Shown in pieces: positions 20,477 to 29,848 of a DNA stretch of 64,000 nt. The position numbers and the translations under genes are program-made. The stretch's first letter is position 1. Each line of letters starts with the position of its first letter. Source of the stretch: an uncultured bacterium (GTDB taxonomy: Bacteria; Bacillota; Clostridia; Lachnospirales; Lachnospiraceae); NCBI GenBank assembly GCA_905214675.1, contig CAJMMS010000002.1, forward strand, positions 9,519-73,518, read 5' to 3'. The notes beneath the pieces are model-generated. The model was given only the letters and a program-made list of their open reading frames with translations. It made no database searches and had not been told where the DNA came from.

Positions 20477-22231
20477 ATGTCAGAAACGATGGGAAAAGAA
20501 ACAAATATGGGTGCGATCCTGGAGATTAAAGATCTCTGTTTTGCCTACCCGGAAGAAGAAAAAAGAGCACTGAACCATGTTTCCCTTCAGGTAGAAGAAG
20601 GGGAATTTCTGGTGCTGTGCGGAAAGAGCGGTTGCGGAAAGAGTACGCTGTTAAAGCATATGAAAACACCGCTGACACCGCATGGAAAACGAAAAGGAGA
20701 AATCCTTTTTGACGGACAGAAACTGCATGAGATGACGAACCGGGAACAGAGCCAGAGGATCGGCTATGTCCTGCAGAATCCGGACAATCAGATTGTTACA
20801 GACAAAGTGTGGCATGAACTGGCATTCGGACTGGAAAGCCTGGGCTATAAAAATGCAGAGATCCGTATCCGTGTGGCGGAGATGGCAAGTTATTTTGGCA
20901 TCCAGGACTGGTTTTACAAAAATGTGGCAGAATTATCGGGAGGTCAGAAGCAGCTTCTGAACCTGGCATCCATCATGGCGATGCATCCGGATATTCTGAT
21001 CCTGGATGAGCCGACCTCACAGCTTGACCCGATCGCCGCATCGGATTTCCTGGAGACGGTAAAGAAGATCAACCGGGATCTCGGTACGACCATTCTTCTG
21101 ACGGAACACCGCCTGGAAGAAGTTTTCACGGCAGCAGACCGTGTTGTTGTCATGGATGGCGGAGAAGTGCTCTGCACGGGAACTCCGGAAGAAATCGGAG
21201 AGGAACTCAAAAAGCAGAATCACGAGATGTTTCTGGCCATGCCGGTTCCGATGCAGATTTATGCAAAAGTAAATTCTGCCACGCATATGCCATGCCCGAT
21301 CACCGTTCGCGGCGGAAGAAACTGGCTGAATGCGATCTGTAAAGAAAAACAGATCCAGCCGCAGGAGGCAGACTTTTTTGGAAAAGATGCAAAAGAAACA
21401 ACGGAAAAAGAAGAGATCATTCTGGAGGCAAAGGATATCTGGTTCCGTTACGATAAAGATCAGCCGGATGTCGTGAAAGGTCTGAATCTTTCGCTGAAAC
21501 GGGGCGAGTTTTTTGCTCTGCTTGGAGGAAACGGTACCGGAAAATCAACGACGCTCTCCATCATCAGCCGACTTCGCAAACCGTACCGCGGCAAAGTGCT
21601 GCTGGAAGGAAAAGATATCCGCCGTTACAGTGAAAAAGAACTGTTCCGTGGCTTCCTGGGCGTTCTGCCGCAGAATCCGCAGTCGCTGTTTGTAAAGAAA
21701 ACAGTAGAACTGGAACTGTTTGAGATGGTGGGCGGAACAAAAGAAAAGAAAGACGGAGAGTATCACCTTGCCATGGACAAACGGGAAGCGGTCGAAGGAA
21801 TCGTAAAAGTGACACATCTGGAAGGACTTCTGCACCGTCATCCATATGACTTAAGCGGCGGTGAACAGCAGAGACTGGCACTGGCGAAAATCCTGCTGCT
21901 GCGTCCGAAACTTCTGCTGATGGATGAGCCGACCAAAGGACTGGACAGCTATTTTAAGAAAGAATTTGCAGAGATTCTGGATCTTCTGAAGCAGCAGGGT
22001 GTGACGATCTTTATGATTTCCCATGACATCGAGTTCTGTGCATCGTATGCCGACCGATGCGGACTGTTTTTTGACGGCAACATTGCAGCGAGCGGTACGC
22101 CGGGAACGTTCTTTGCCGGAAATAATTTCTATACAACAGCGGCAAACCGTATGGCACGCAAATATTTCCCGATGGCAGTGACGGCAGCGGATGTTGCGGA
22201 AGCTCTTTCTGATGACAGTGGGTGTATGTGA
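20477..22231 (+). CDS. ECF transporter double ABC ATPase
   Basis: Two nucleotide-binding domains: GKSGCGKST/LSGGQ/LDEPT and GGNGTGKST/LSGGE/MDEPT; QNPDNQ Q-loop. Confidence 0.93.
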   Translation: MSETMGKETNMGAILEIKDLCFAYPEEEKRALNHVSLQVEEGEFLVLCGKSGCGKSTLLKHMKTPLTPHGKRKGEILFDGQKLHEMTNREQSQRIGYVLQNPDNQIVTDKVWHELAFGLESLGYKNAEIRIRVAEMASYFGIQDWFYKNVAELSGGQKQLLNLASIMAMHPDILILDEPTSQLDPIAASDFLETVKKINRDLGTTILLTEHRLEEVFTAADRVVVMDGGEVLCTGTPEEIGEELKKQNHEMFLAMPVPMQIYAKVNSATHMPCPITVRGGRNWLNAICKEKQIQPQEADFFGKDAKETTEKEEIILEAKDIWFRYDKDQPDVVKGLNLSLKRGEFFALLGGNGTGKSTTLSIISRLRKPYRGKVLLEGKDIRRYSEKELFRGFLGVLPQNPQSLFVKKTVELELFEMVGGTKEKKDGEYHLAMDKREAVEGIVKVTHLEGLLHRHPYDLSGGEQQRLALAKILLLRPKLLLMDEPTKGLDSYFKKEFAEILDLLKQQGVTIFMISHDIEFCASYADRCGLFFDGNIAASGTPGTFFAGNNFYTTAANRMARKYFPMAVTAADVAEALSDDSGCM

Positions 22232-22232
22232 T

Positions 22233-23222
22233 ATGCAAAAAGAGATGAAAAAAGAAGAAATACAGGAAACAAAAGAATTTCTCAAACAGTTTTATGAATC
22301 GCCGGAAGTGGAAGAAGATACGATCAGTGCAAAGCTGAAACGTACTCTGCTTCCAAAAGGCAAAAAGACAAAAGCAATCGCGGATTTTGCAAAAGATCTG
22401 ATGGGCGAAGGCGGAGCAGGTGATGTCGTGATCGATGACGATATGTTTGAGACAGATACCGAAAGTTACAAGCAGCAGGAAAAGAAACGTCTGTCCAAAC
22501 GGACCAGAGTCAGTCTGTTTCTGCTGCTGGTGGCGATCCCTCTGACGATCGCAGCCGGATTCTGGCTGACGGATCAGAGCGTGTTTACCCAGTGGATCGA
22601 TGATGTATTCGGACCGAGAAAATACTATCTGATCAGTCTGGTGATCGTGCTCTATGCATTGCTGCCGTTCTTTATGGCATTTGAAGGAAGAAAACCGGAA
22701 GTAAGAGAGCTGGTTGTGCTGGCGACGATGATCGCACTGGCAACCGCCGGAAGAGCAGCTTTCTTTATGACACCGAGCTTTAAGCCGATCATCGCGATCG
22801 TGATCGTATCGGCGGTGGCATTCGGAGCAGAGGCCGGATTTCTGGTCGGATCGATGACCATGCTGGTCAGCAACTTCCTGTTCGGACAGGGACCGTGGAC
22901 ACCGTGGCAGATGTTTGCCATGGGATTTATCGGCTTTCTGTCCGGTATCCTCTACCGCCTGCGGATCCTGCCGACAAAACGGTTGCAGTTGTCCGTATAT
23001 GGCTTTCTGGTCACTTTTATGATCTACGGCGGGATCATGAACCCGGCGGCACTGTTTATGAGTGTATACCAGTTCAGTTGGAGCGGACTGCTGGCGATCT
23101 ATATCTCCGGTGTGCCGGTTGATCTGGTGCATGCAATATCGACCTTTCTGTTTCTGTGGATCGGAGCGAAGCCGTTGCTGGAGAAACTGCAGAGGATCAA
23201 GGTGAAATACGGGCTCTTGTAG
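22233..23222 (+). CDS. ECF S component (CbrT-like) with a soluble N-terminal extension
   Basis: FKPIIAIVIV...GFLVG...SNFLFGQGPWTPWQM; about 90-aa charged N-terminus. Confidence 0.8.
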   Translation: MQKEMKKEEIQETKEFLKQFYESPEVEEDTISAKLKRTLLPKGKKTKAIADFAKDLMGEGGAGDVVIDDDMFETDTESYKQQEKKRLSKRTRVSLFLLLVAIPLTIAAGFWLTDQSVFTQWIDDVFGPRKYYLISLVIVLYALLPFFMAFEGRKPEVRELVVLATMIALATAGRAAFFMTPSFKPIIAIVIVSAVAFGAEAGFLVGSMTMLVSNFLFGQGPWTPWQMFAMGFIGFLSGILYRLRILPTKRLQLSVYGFLVTFMIYGGIMNPAALFMSVYQFSWSGLLAIYISGVPVDLVHAISTFLFLWIGAKPLLEKLQRIKVKYGLL

Positions 23223-23233
23223 AGAGTTTTTTG

Positions 23234-23306
23234 AATGTGCAAATGAACGAATTCCCCGAAGGGCACGTAAAAGTGCCTTCTTGGGAATTCGTTCATTTTG
23301 CACATT
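23234..23306. repeat. Long palindromic REP-like hairpin
   Basis: AATGTGCAAATGAACGAATTCCC...GGGAATTCGTTCATTTTGCACATT with an inner GAAGGGCAC/GTGCCTTC stem. Confidence 0.75.
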
Positions 23307-23606
23307 GCCAAAAGTTCCCGGCTTGCCAGAGGTCTCTGAAGCGGCGATGTCCTGCAATATCGAAAAACTCACGATGGAAGTTTTACTACCTCAGAAGTCT
23401 TTACAGTTCTTAAAAAATGTCTAAAAAATGTACAAATCCCATAATTTGCTAAAAAAACGCACAAATCTGGAAAAATGTACAAAAAATGCACAAATTCGAC
23501 AAGTTGTCTATTTTGCAAATCCATCCTGAGCGATACAATGATGCAAAGGTTGAAAGAAAAAGAAAAAGAACCTTGCAGAAAGCTTGTATGGATGGAGGAA
23601 AAAGGT

Positions 23607-25019
23607 ATGTCATTTGCAGATTTTAAAGACAACACCATGAGAGCCGTTGTATCAAAAACCATCGACGGTGTATTGAAATACGTGAATAAACATGATGATC
23701 GAACAGAGGCATTACTCAAACTGACCGATCTTTCGGAAAAGCTGATGGGCGATAAATTTGATAAGAAAGTATTTGACGGAGCAAGAAATCTGATCCATAA
23801 TCCGGATGCAAAATGGATGAAATACACAAACAAAGTGTTTGATGAGATCGATCCTCACGTAGCGAAAATGCATGCCCTGAATCTTGGATATCAGGCAGGA
23901 TTCTATGGTTATTCCAAAACCTGTGAATTTGCAAAAGAGCATGGATACCGTATTCCGTGGATCATTTTGATGGACCCGACTTCTGCCTGTAACATGCACT
24001 GTACCGGATGCTGGGCAGCAGAGTATGGTCATCGCATGAGTCTTTCCTACGAAGACCTGGACAGCATCGTTACGCAGGGCGAGAAGCTCGGTATCTATTT
24101 CTACATGATGACGGGCGGAGAGCCTCTGATGCGTAAAAAAGATATTGTAAAACTGGCAGAGAAGCACAATAAGTGTATGTTCTATGCATTTACAAACGGA
24201 ACGCTGATCGATGAAGAATTCTGTAAGGATATGCAGAGACTTGGCAATATTTCTCTGGCACTGAGCGTGGAAGGCTTTGAAGAAGTCAACGATTCCAGAC
24301 GCGGAAGCGGTTGTTTTGAGAAGGTTATGCATGCGATGGATCTGCTCAAAGAACATGGACTGATCTTTGGTACTTCCATCTGCTATACCTCAAAGAACTA
24401 CAAGACGGTCACAAGCGATGAGTTTCTGGATATGCTGATCGACAAAGGCGTCCGCTATGCATGGTATTTCCACTATATGCCGGTCGGAAATGAGGCAGCG
24501 ACCGACCTGCTCCTGACACCGGATCAGCGAGAATATATGTACCACAGAATCCGTGAGATCCGAGGATTTGAGGGTGGCAAACCGATCTTTGTATTTGATT
24601 TCCAGAATGACGGTGAGTTTGTCGGCGGATGTATCGCCGGCGGAAGATTCTACTGCCACATCAATCCAAACGGTGACGTAGAACCTTGCGTATTTATCCA
24701 CTATTCCAATGCAAATATCCATGACAGGCCACTTCTGGAGTGCTTAAGCCAGCCATTGTTCCGTGCTTACCAGATGGGACAGCCATTCAATGAAAATGAC
24801 CTGCGTCCATGTCCGATGCTGGAGAATCCGGAAGCACTGCAGAAGATCGTCCATGCAACCGATGCAAAGAGCACCGATATGCAGAGCCCGGAGAGCGTAG
24901 AGAGCTTATGCGGAAAATGTGAAGCTTACGCAAAATGCTGGGCACCGGAAGCAGAAAAATTAAAAGAAGCAAATCCGAAGCAGATCACCAGAGAAAAGGG
25001 CATTCTACCGGAAGCATAA
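23607..25019 (+). CDS. Radical SAM / SPASM-domain protein
   Basis: CNMHCTGC (CxxxCxxC), TGGEP, FTNGT; SPASM-type GCIAG...GDVEPC...PCP; ATG at 23607 follows GGAGG. Confidence 0.88.
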   Translation: MSFADFKDNTMRAVVSKTIDGVLKYVNKHDDRTEALLKLTDLSEKLMGDKFDKKVFDGARNLIHNPDAKWMKYTNKVFDEIDPHVAKMHALNLGYQAGFYGYSKTCEFAKEHGYRIPWIILMDPTSACNMHCTGCWAAEYGHRMSLSYEDLDSIVTQGEKLGIYFYMMTGGEPLMRKKDIVKLAEKHNKCMFYAFTNGTLIDEEFCKDMQRLGNISLALSVEGFEEVNDSRRGSGCFEKVMHAMDLLKEHGLIFGTSICYTSKNYKTVTSDEFLDMLIDKGVRYAWYFHYMPVGNEAATDLLLTPDQREYMYHRIREIRGFEGGKPIFVFDFQNDGEFVGGCIAGGRFYCHINPNGDVEPCVFIHYSNANIHDRPLLECLSQPLFRAYQMGQPFNENDLRPCPMLENPEALQKIVHATDAKSTDMQSPESVESLCGKCEAYAKCWAPEAEKLKEANPKQITREKGILPEA

Positions 25020-25070
25020 AACAGCAAAGGCTGATGAAGCCCAAAAGAGGATCGGCAAAAGCAGTATTCC

Positions 25071-26624
25071 TCAATTTATATGATGTTCTTCTAAAGCCCG
25101 GACAACGGAAGGATATTGTGACAGATCGGTATGCGGGATAAATTTGGAAGCCTGCATACGGATCAGAAAATCCGGGATCGAAGCAAACTGAACATAGTAA
25201 ATGGTTTCCTGAAACATACGGATGTCTTTCATGCGGTTGCGGTCAAGAAGCAGTGTTCTCGCACCGGCAAGCGAACTGTTTCCAAGGCAATGGAAAGCAG
25301 AACGCGGCAGATCCGGGAAAATGCCGATGGTAATGGCAGATTCAAGGTCTGTGTAAGTACCGAATGCACCGGAAGTGTAAAAGGCAGTCAGATCATCTTT
25401 CGTGAAACCGGCAGAATCAAGCAGGCAGTCTACCATTGTGTGGGCTGCCGCTTTTGTGTCCAGATACTGCGTGATGTCAGTCTGGGAAAAATACAGATCG
25501 TTTCCTTTGGCAGATTCACTGTGAAAAGCATAGATGGCGGCGTATTCATCCGTTTCTTCGATATATTGGATGCGGGGAGAAGCATCTGGATTTAATTTCC
25601 CGGAAATATCCACCCAGCCATTCAGCCGCATCTGAGCGAGCAGATCGATGATGCCGGAACCGCAGATGCCAACCGGAGCTGTGTGGTTTATCGTGGTAAA
25701 AGTCAGGTCTGCTTTTTCGATTTTTACAGAGTCGATCGCACCGTCTGTGGCACGCATCCCAAATTTACTGATGCCGCCTTCCAGGGCAGGACCGGCAGCC
25801 CCGGCTCCGGCGAGCATGAAGTCACGGTTTCCGAGGATCAGTTCCCCGTTGGTTCCGATATCAAAAAAGGCAGAAAGTCCATCCCTTTTGTAGAAATCCG
25901 TGGTCAGAAGTCCGCTTGTGATGTCGCCGCCGAGATAATTGGCAATCGCAGGCACGATATAAGTGATGCCTGTAAATGCAGAAAATCCGATCTCAGAGGC
26001 AGAAAGAAAGCCGGGGTCGCAGGCAACCGGGGCATAAGGAGAAGAAAAGATCACCCAGGGATTCAATTCCAGCAGGAAATGCATCATCGTCGTATTGCCG
26101 GATACGATCAGAACGGAACAGTCATGCACCGCTATGCCGGAATCCGCTTCCAGTTTCTGAAACAGAGCTTCAAAAGAGGCAAGGGTAGCCTGATGGATCT
26201 CATGCAGATGCTCCGGCTGATCCTTCGCATAGATCATCCGAGTGAGGATATCATCGCCGTAGGCACGCTGCTTATTTACATCGTTTGCCGAGGCAAGCAC
26301 ATTTCCGCTGTTCATATCGATCAGTTCCATGGCGATCGTTGTGGAGCCAAGATCGGCAGCCAGAGCATAGTGCATGCCGGTCGTATCACCGGACTCTATG
26401 CGGATGAGCCGGTAAAAGTCCTCGCACCAGATGAGCGTTACCGTGATGTCAAAAGAAGCATCCCGGCAGAGCGGATAAAGCGTCCTTAAAACAGAAAGTT
26501 CCAGGATAACCGGTGCGTATCCCTGTTCCTTCAGAGCATCCAGAATCCGTTCCCGGTCGCCCTTTGCATCCTCTTCGGTTGGTGTATTTAAAATGAGATG
26601 TATTTTTTCACTGAATCCCCGCAT
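25071..26624 (-). CDS. ASKHA-fold ATPase, DUF4445 family (reductive activator of corrinoid enzymes, AcsV/RamA-like)
   Basis: DLGSTT, NKQRAYGDDILTR, GNTTMMH, YLGGDI, DIGTNGE, GPALEG, GICGSG; ATG at 26624 follows GGAGG. Confidence 0.88.
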   Translation of the reverse strand: MRGFSEKIHLILNTPTEEDAKGDRERILDALKEQGYAPVILELSVLRTLYPLCRDASFDITVTLIWCEDFYRLIRIESGDTTGMHYALAADLGSTTIAMELIDMNSGNVLASANDVNKQRAYGDDILTRMIYAKDQPEHLHEIHQATLASFEALFQKLEADSGIAVHDCSVLIVSGNTTMMHFLLELNPWVIFSSPYAPVACDPGFLSASEIGFSAFTGITYIVPAIANYLGGDITSGLLTTDFYKRDGLSAFFDIGTNGELILGNRDFMLAGAGAAGPALEGGISKFGMRATDGAIDSVKIEKADLTFTTINHTAPVGICGSGIIDLLAQMRLNGWVDISGKLNPDASPRIQYIEETDEYAAIYAFHSESAKGNDLYFSQTDITQYLDTKAAAHTMVDCLLDSAGFTKDDLTAFYTSGAFGTYTDLESAITIGIFPDLPRSAFHCLGNSSLAGARTLLLDRNRMKDIRMFQETIYYVQFASIPDFLIRMQASKFIPHTDLSQYPSVVRALEEHHIN

Positions 26625-26807
26625 TGTTTTTTTCCTCCGTTCTGGCAAGCGATATGCTGCTTCCTTATGTTTGCCGGTTTAGTCACCATTTGACTCTGGC
26701 ATCATGTTGTAAGCGTAGCACAAACAGAAAAAAGCTGCAAGTGTACATAAAATTTCCAGAAATGCAGAGAATGCTTATTGTAACCTCAGCAGGGAAGCAC
26801 TTGCTGT

Positions 26808-26989
26808 TTTATCTTAGTCGAAGAAGACTCCCACTTCTATAAAGTGGCGAGCAACAAATTTGTCTTAGTGGGAGTTCAATCTCCGACTAAGATAAACGCT
26901 CCGCGAGGATGCACAGCGATTCTGTTAGGTAAATGTCAGCAAAGCTGACCAGAATCGCGTGCCAAGTCTCACGTGCGTTCGACTTGAAT
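26808..26989. repeat. Multi-hairpin intergenic element, possibly an IS200/IS605-end-derived non-autonomous repeat or a structured RNA
   Basis: 13-bp IR TTTATCTTAGTCG/CGACTAAGATAAA enclosing ACTCCCACT/AGTGGGAGT-TCAA; two further stems; partial second copy at 36322-36380. Confidence 0.6.
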
Positions 26990-27051
26990 GGGGAAGAAAA
27001 AATCGGATAATGATGATTTTCTTGAATGACAAGGCATGACAGGAGGAAATA

Positions 27052-27486
27052 ATGGAAACAGAGATCAAAATGTTAGGTGATATTCACAAAAATGCAGATA
27101 TGGGACAGGACACGCTGCGGCACATTCTGGATGCGACCGATGATGTGGAGTTTTCGAAAACGGTCAGCAGACAGATGCAGGAATATGAAAAAGCATTTCA
27201 GGTCAGCGGTCAGATGCTGAAGGCACGCCATGCACCGGAAGAACAGAGGGAGGCTCCGATGATCTCCAAGTGGATGGCTCATATGAATATCAACATGAAA
27301 AGCATGCAGGAAATGCAGACTTCGAAGCTTGCGGAAATGCTGATCCAGGGCAGCACGATGGGCGTTACCAGCCTGATACGGCAGATCCGGGACTACGACG
27401 GAGAGGATACGGAAGTGCTGGATTTTGCAAAAAAGCAGTTGAAGCGGGAAGAGAAGAATATTGACGAATTAAAAAAGTTTTTGTAA
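27052..27486 (+). CDS. Conserved hypothetical protein, predicted ferritin-like helical bundle
   Basis: Strong SD AGGAGG; all-helical character; KNADMG and AEMLIQGSTMG motifs. Confidence 0.65.
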   Translation: METEIKMLGDIHKNADMGQDTLRHILDATDDVEFSKTVSRQMQEYEKAFQVSGQMLKARHAPEEQREAPMISKWMAHMNINMKSMQEMQTSKLAEMLIQGSTMGVTSLIRQIRDYDGEDTEVLDFAKKQLKREEKNIDELKKFL

Positions 27487-27535
27487 AAACGTTGCAAAAG
27501 CCTCTTTACGTGTATGCCATTATGGTATATACTAT

Positions 27536-27592
27536 GTTCTACATGTTGTTTGATGAAAAAACAAAATTTAGATAGATACACAACATATAGTA
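27536..27592 (+). promoter_or_regulatory. Tandem NrdR boxes
   Basis: TTCTACATGTTGTT (~27537) and ACACAACATATAGTA (27578) match the acaCwAtATaTwGtg consensus, are 42 bp apart and lie directly upstream of nrdD. Confidence 0.75.
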
Positions 27593-27604
27593 GGAGGAGA
27601 CTTA

Positions 27605-29740
27605 GTGATGTACGTCATAAAGAAAGATGGAACACGGGAAGAATTTAATGTAGATAAGATCATAGCGGCAGTCAACAAATCGGCAGCCCGCATTTTATAT
27701 GAGTTTTCCACAGACGAGATTGCATTTATCTGTCAGTTTGCACATGACCGGGCAGAGTCCCTGAAAAAGGACGGGATCACGATCCAGGAGATGCACAACA
27801 TTGTCGAAGGAGCACTCGAAAGAGTGAATCCGGCAGTAGCAAAAAGCTATCGCGATTACCGCAACTACAAGCTGGATTTTATCCATATGATGGATGAGGT
27901 CTACACAAAGAGCCAGTCGATCCGTTACATCGGAGACAAGAGCAACGCCAACACGGACAGTGCCCTGGTAGCGACAAAGCGAAGCCTGATCTTCAACGAG
28001 CTGAACAAAGAGTTGTACCGCAAATTCTTTATGACGCGTGATGAGCTTCAGGCATGCAAGGACGGCTACATCTATATCCACGACCAGTCCGCGAGACTGG
28101 ATACCATGAACTGCTGTCTGTTTGATGTGGCTGCGGTTCTGACCGGCGGATTTGAGATGGGAAATGTCTGGTATAATGAGCCTAAGACACTGGATACTGC
28201 TTTTGATGTGATCGGCGATATTATTTTAAGTACGGCAGCACAGCAGTACGGCGGGTTTACCGTGCCGGAGATGGACAAAGTGCTTGCACCGTATGCCGAG
28301 AAGAGCTACAGGAAATATAAAGAAGAATTTATCCAATATGCAGATCCGTCATGGAATGGTGTGCCGGAGCGTGCGGAAGAATATGCGATCAACAAAGTGA
28401 GACGCGATTTTGACCAGGGATGGCAGGGGATCGAGTATAAATTAAATACCGTCGGTTCATCCAGAGGTGATTATCCGTTTGTGACTGTGACCATCGGACT
28501 TGGTACACAGCGTTTTGAAAAAATGTGCAATATTTCCCTTCTGAATGTCCACAAAGGCGGACAGGGAAGGCCAGGCAACAAAAAACCGGTGCTGTTTCCG
28601 AAGATTGTTTTTCTCTATGACGAAAAACTGCATGGTGCAGGCGGAGAATGCGAAGATGTCTTTGAGGCGGGCGTGGCATGTTCTGCAAAGACCATGTATC
28701 CGGACTGGCTCTCCATGACCGGAAAAGGCTATATTTCCAGCATGTACAAACAGTACAAAAAAGTGATCAGCCCGATGGGATGCCGTGCATTTTTAAGCCC
28801 ATGGTATGAAAGAGGCGGTATGCATCCGGCAGATGACAAAGATGTGCCGGTATTTACCGGACGTTTCAACATCGGTGCAGTCAGCCTGCATCTGCCGATG
28901 ATCCTTGCCAGGGCAAGGTCCGAGAGCCGTGATTTCTACGAAGTGCTGGACTATTATCTGGAGATGATCCGCAACCTGCACAAACGTACTTATGAGTACT
29001 TAGGAGCGATGAAAGCCTCCACTAACCCGCTGGCTTACTGCGAGGGAGGCTTCTACGGCGGACATTTGAAACCAAACGAACGCATCAAAAAACTGTTAAA
29101 ACCGATGACGGCATCTTTTGGTATCACAGCCCTGAATGAATTACAGGAACTCTACAACGGCAAATCCATCACCGAGGACGGTGGGTTTGCGCTGGAAGTG
29201 CTGGAATATATCAACAAAAAAGTTTCTGAATTTAAAGAAGAAGACGGCTGGCTGTATGCGATCTACGGTACACCTGCAGAGAGTCTGTGCGGACTTCAGG
29301 TAGAGCAGTTCCGCAAAAAATACGGCATCGTGGAAAATGTATCCGATCGTCCGTATGTCAGCAACAGCTTCCACTGCCACGTGACCGAAGAGATCACACC
29401 GATCGAAAAACAGGATCTGGAAGGCCGTTTCTGGGAACTGTGCAATGGTGGAAAGATCCAGTATGTACGTTACCCGATTGATTACAATGTACAGGCGATC
29501 AAGAGCCTGATCCGCCGTGCGATGAATCTGGGCTATTACGAAGGAGTCAACCTTTCCCTTGCTTACTGCGATGACTGCGGCCACCAGGAACTGGAGATGG
29601 ATGTCTGCCCGAAATGCGGTTCCAAGAACCTTACAAAGATCGACCGTATGAATGGATACCTGTCCTACAGTCGTGTACATGGCGATACCAGACTGAACGA
29701 GGCAAAGATGGCAGAGATTGCAGAACGCAAGAGTATGTAA
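27605..29740 (+). CDS. nrdD: Anaerobic (class III) ribonucleoside-triphosphate reductase with N-terminal ATP cone
   Basis: VIKKDG ATP cone; MNCC; PMGCR; TPAES; CDDC...CPKC zinc site; RMNGYL glycyl-radical loop. Confidence 0.95.
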   Translation: MMYVIKKDGTREEFNVDKIIAAVNKSAARILYEFSTDEIAFICQFAHDRAESLKKDGITIQEMHNIVEGALERVNPAVAKSYRDYRNYKLDFIHMMDEVYTKSQSIRYIGDKSNANTDSALVATKRSLIFNELNKELYRKFFMTRDELQACKDGYIYIHDQSARLDTMNCCLFDVAAVLTGGFEMGNVWYNEPKTLDTAFDVIGDIILSTAAQQYGGFTVPEMDKVLAPYAEKSYRKYKEEFIQYADPSWNGVPERAEEYAINKVRRDFDQGWQGIEYKLNTVGSSRGDYPFVTVTIGLGTQRFEKMCNISLLNVHKGGQGRPGNKKPVLFPKIVFLYDEKLHGAGGECEDVFEAGVACSAKTMYPDWLSMTGKGYISSMYKQYKKVISPMGCRAFLSPWYERGGMHPADDKDVPVFTGRFNIGAVSLHLPMILARARSESRDFYEVLDYYLEMIRNLHKRTYEYLGAMKASTNPLAYCEGGFYGGHLKPNERIKKLLKPMTASFGITALNELQELYNGKSITEDGGFALEVLEYINKKVSEFKEEDGWLYAIYGTPAESLCGLQVEQFRKKYGIVENVSDRPYVSNSFHCHVTEEITPIEKQDLEGRFWELCNGGKIQYVRYPIDYNVQAIKSLIRRAMNLGYYEGVNLSLAYCDDCGHQELEMDVCPKCGSKNLTKIDRMNGYLSYSRVHGDTRLNEAKMAEIAERKSM

Positions 29741-29766
29741 ACATTAAGAAGAAAAGGATAGAAATG

Positions 29767-29811
29767 AAAAGCCATAACATCAGAAAACAATCTTTTGATG
29801 TTATGGCTTTT
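29767..29811. terminator. Bidirectional terminator between convergent nrdD and purF
   Basis: AAAAGCCATAACATCAGAA...TTTTGATGTTATGGCTTTT inverted repeat with A/T tails. Confidence 0.75.
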
Positions 29812-29848
29812 TCATCGCAGTCTGTTAAAATTGCTTCAGAATAGGATG

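Noticed and set aside
22191..22240. Programmed frameshift fusing the ECF ATPase to the S component
   Set aside because: The frames overlap, but I see no slippery site, and the TGA-T-ATG junction fits ordinary translational coupling.
22011..23372. Long antisense ORFs (also 18352-19602, 17252-18262, 29795-30640, 12746-13537, 56577-57437)
   Set aside because: Shadows of well-supported genes on the opposite strand, with no recognisable motifs or SD sites.
27605..29740. Missing nrdG next to nrdD, with the radical SAM gene at 23607 as a substitute
   Set aside because: nrdG is often unlinked, and the 470-aa SPASM protein does not resemble the small NrdG activases.
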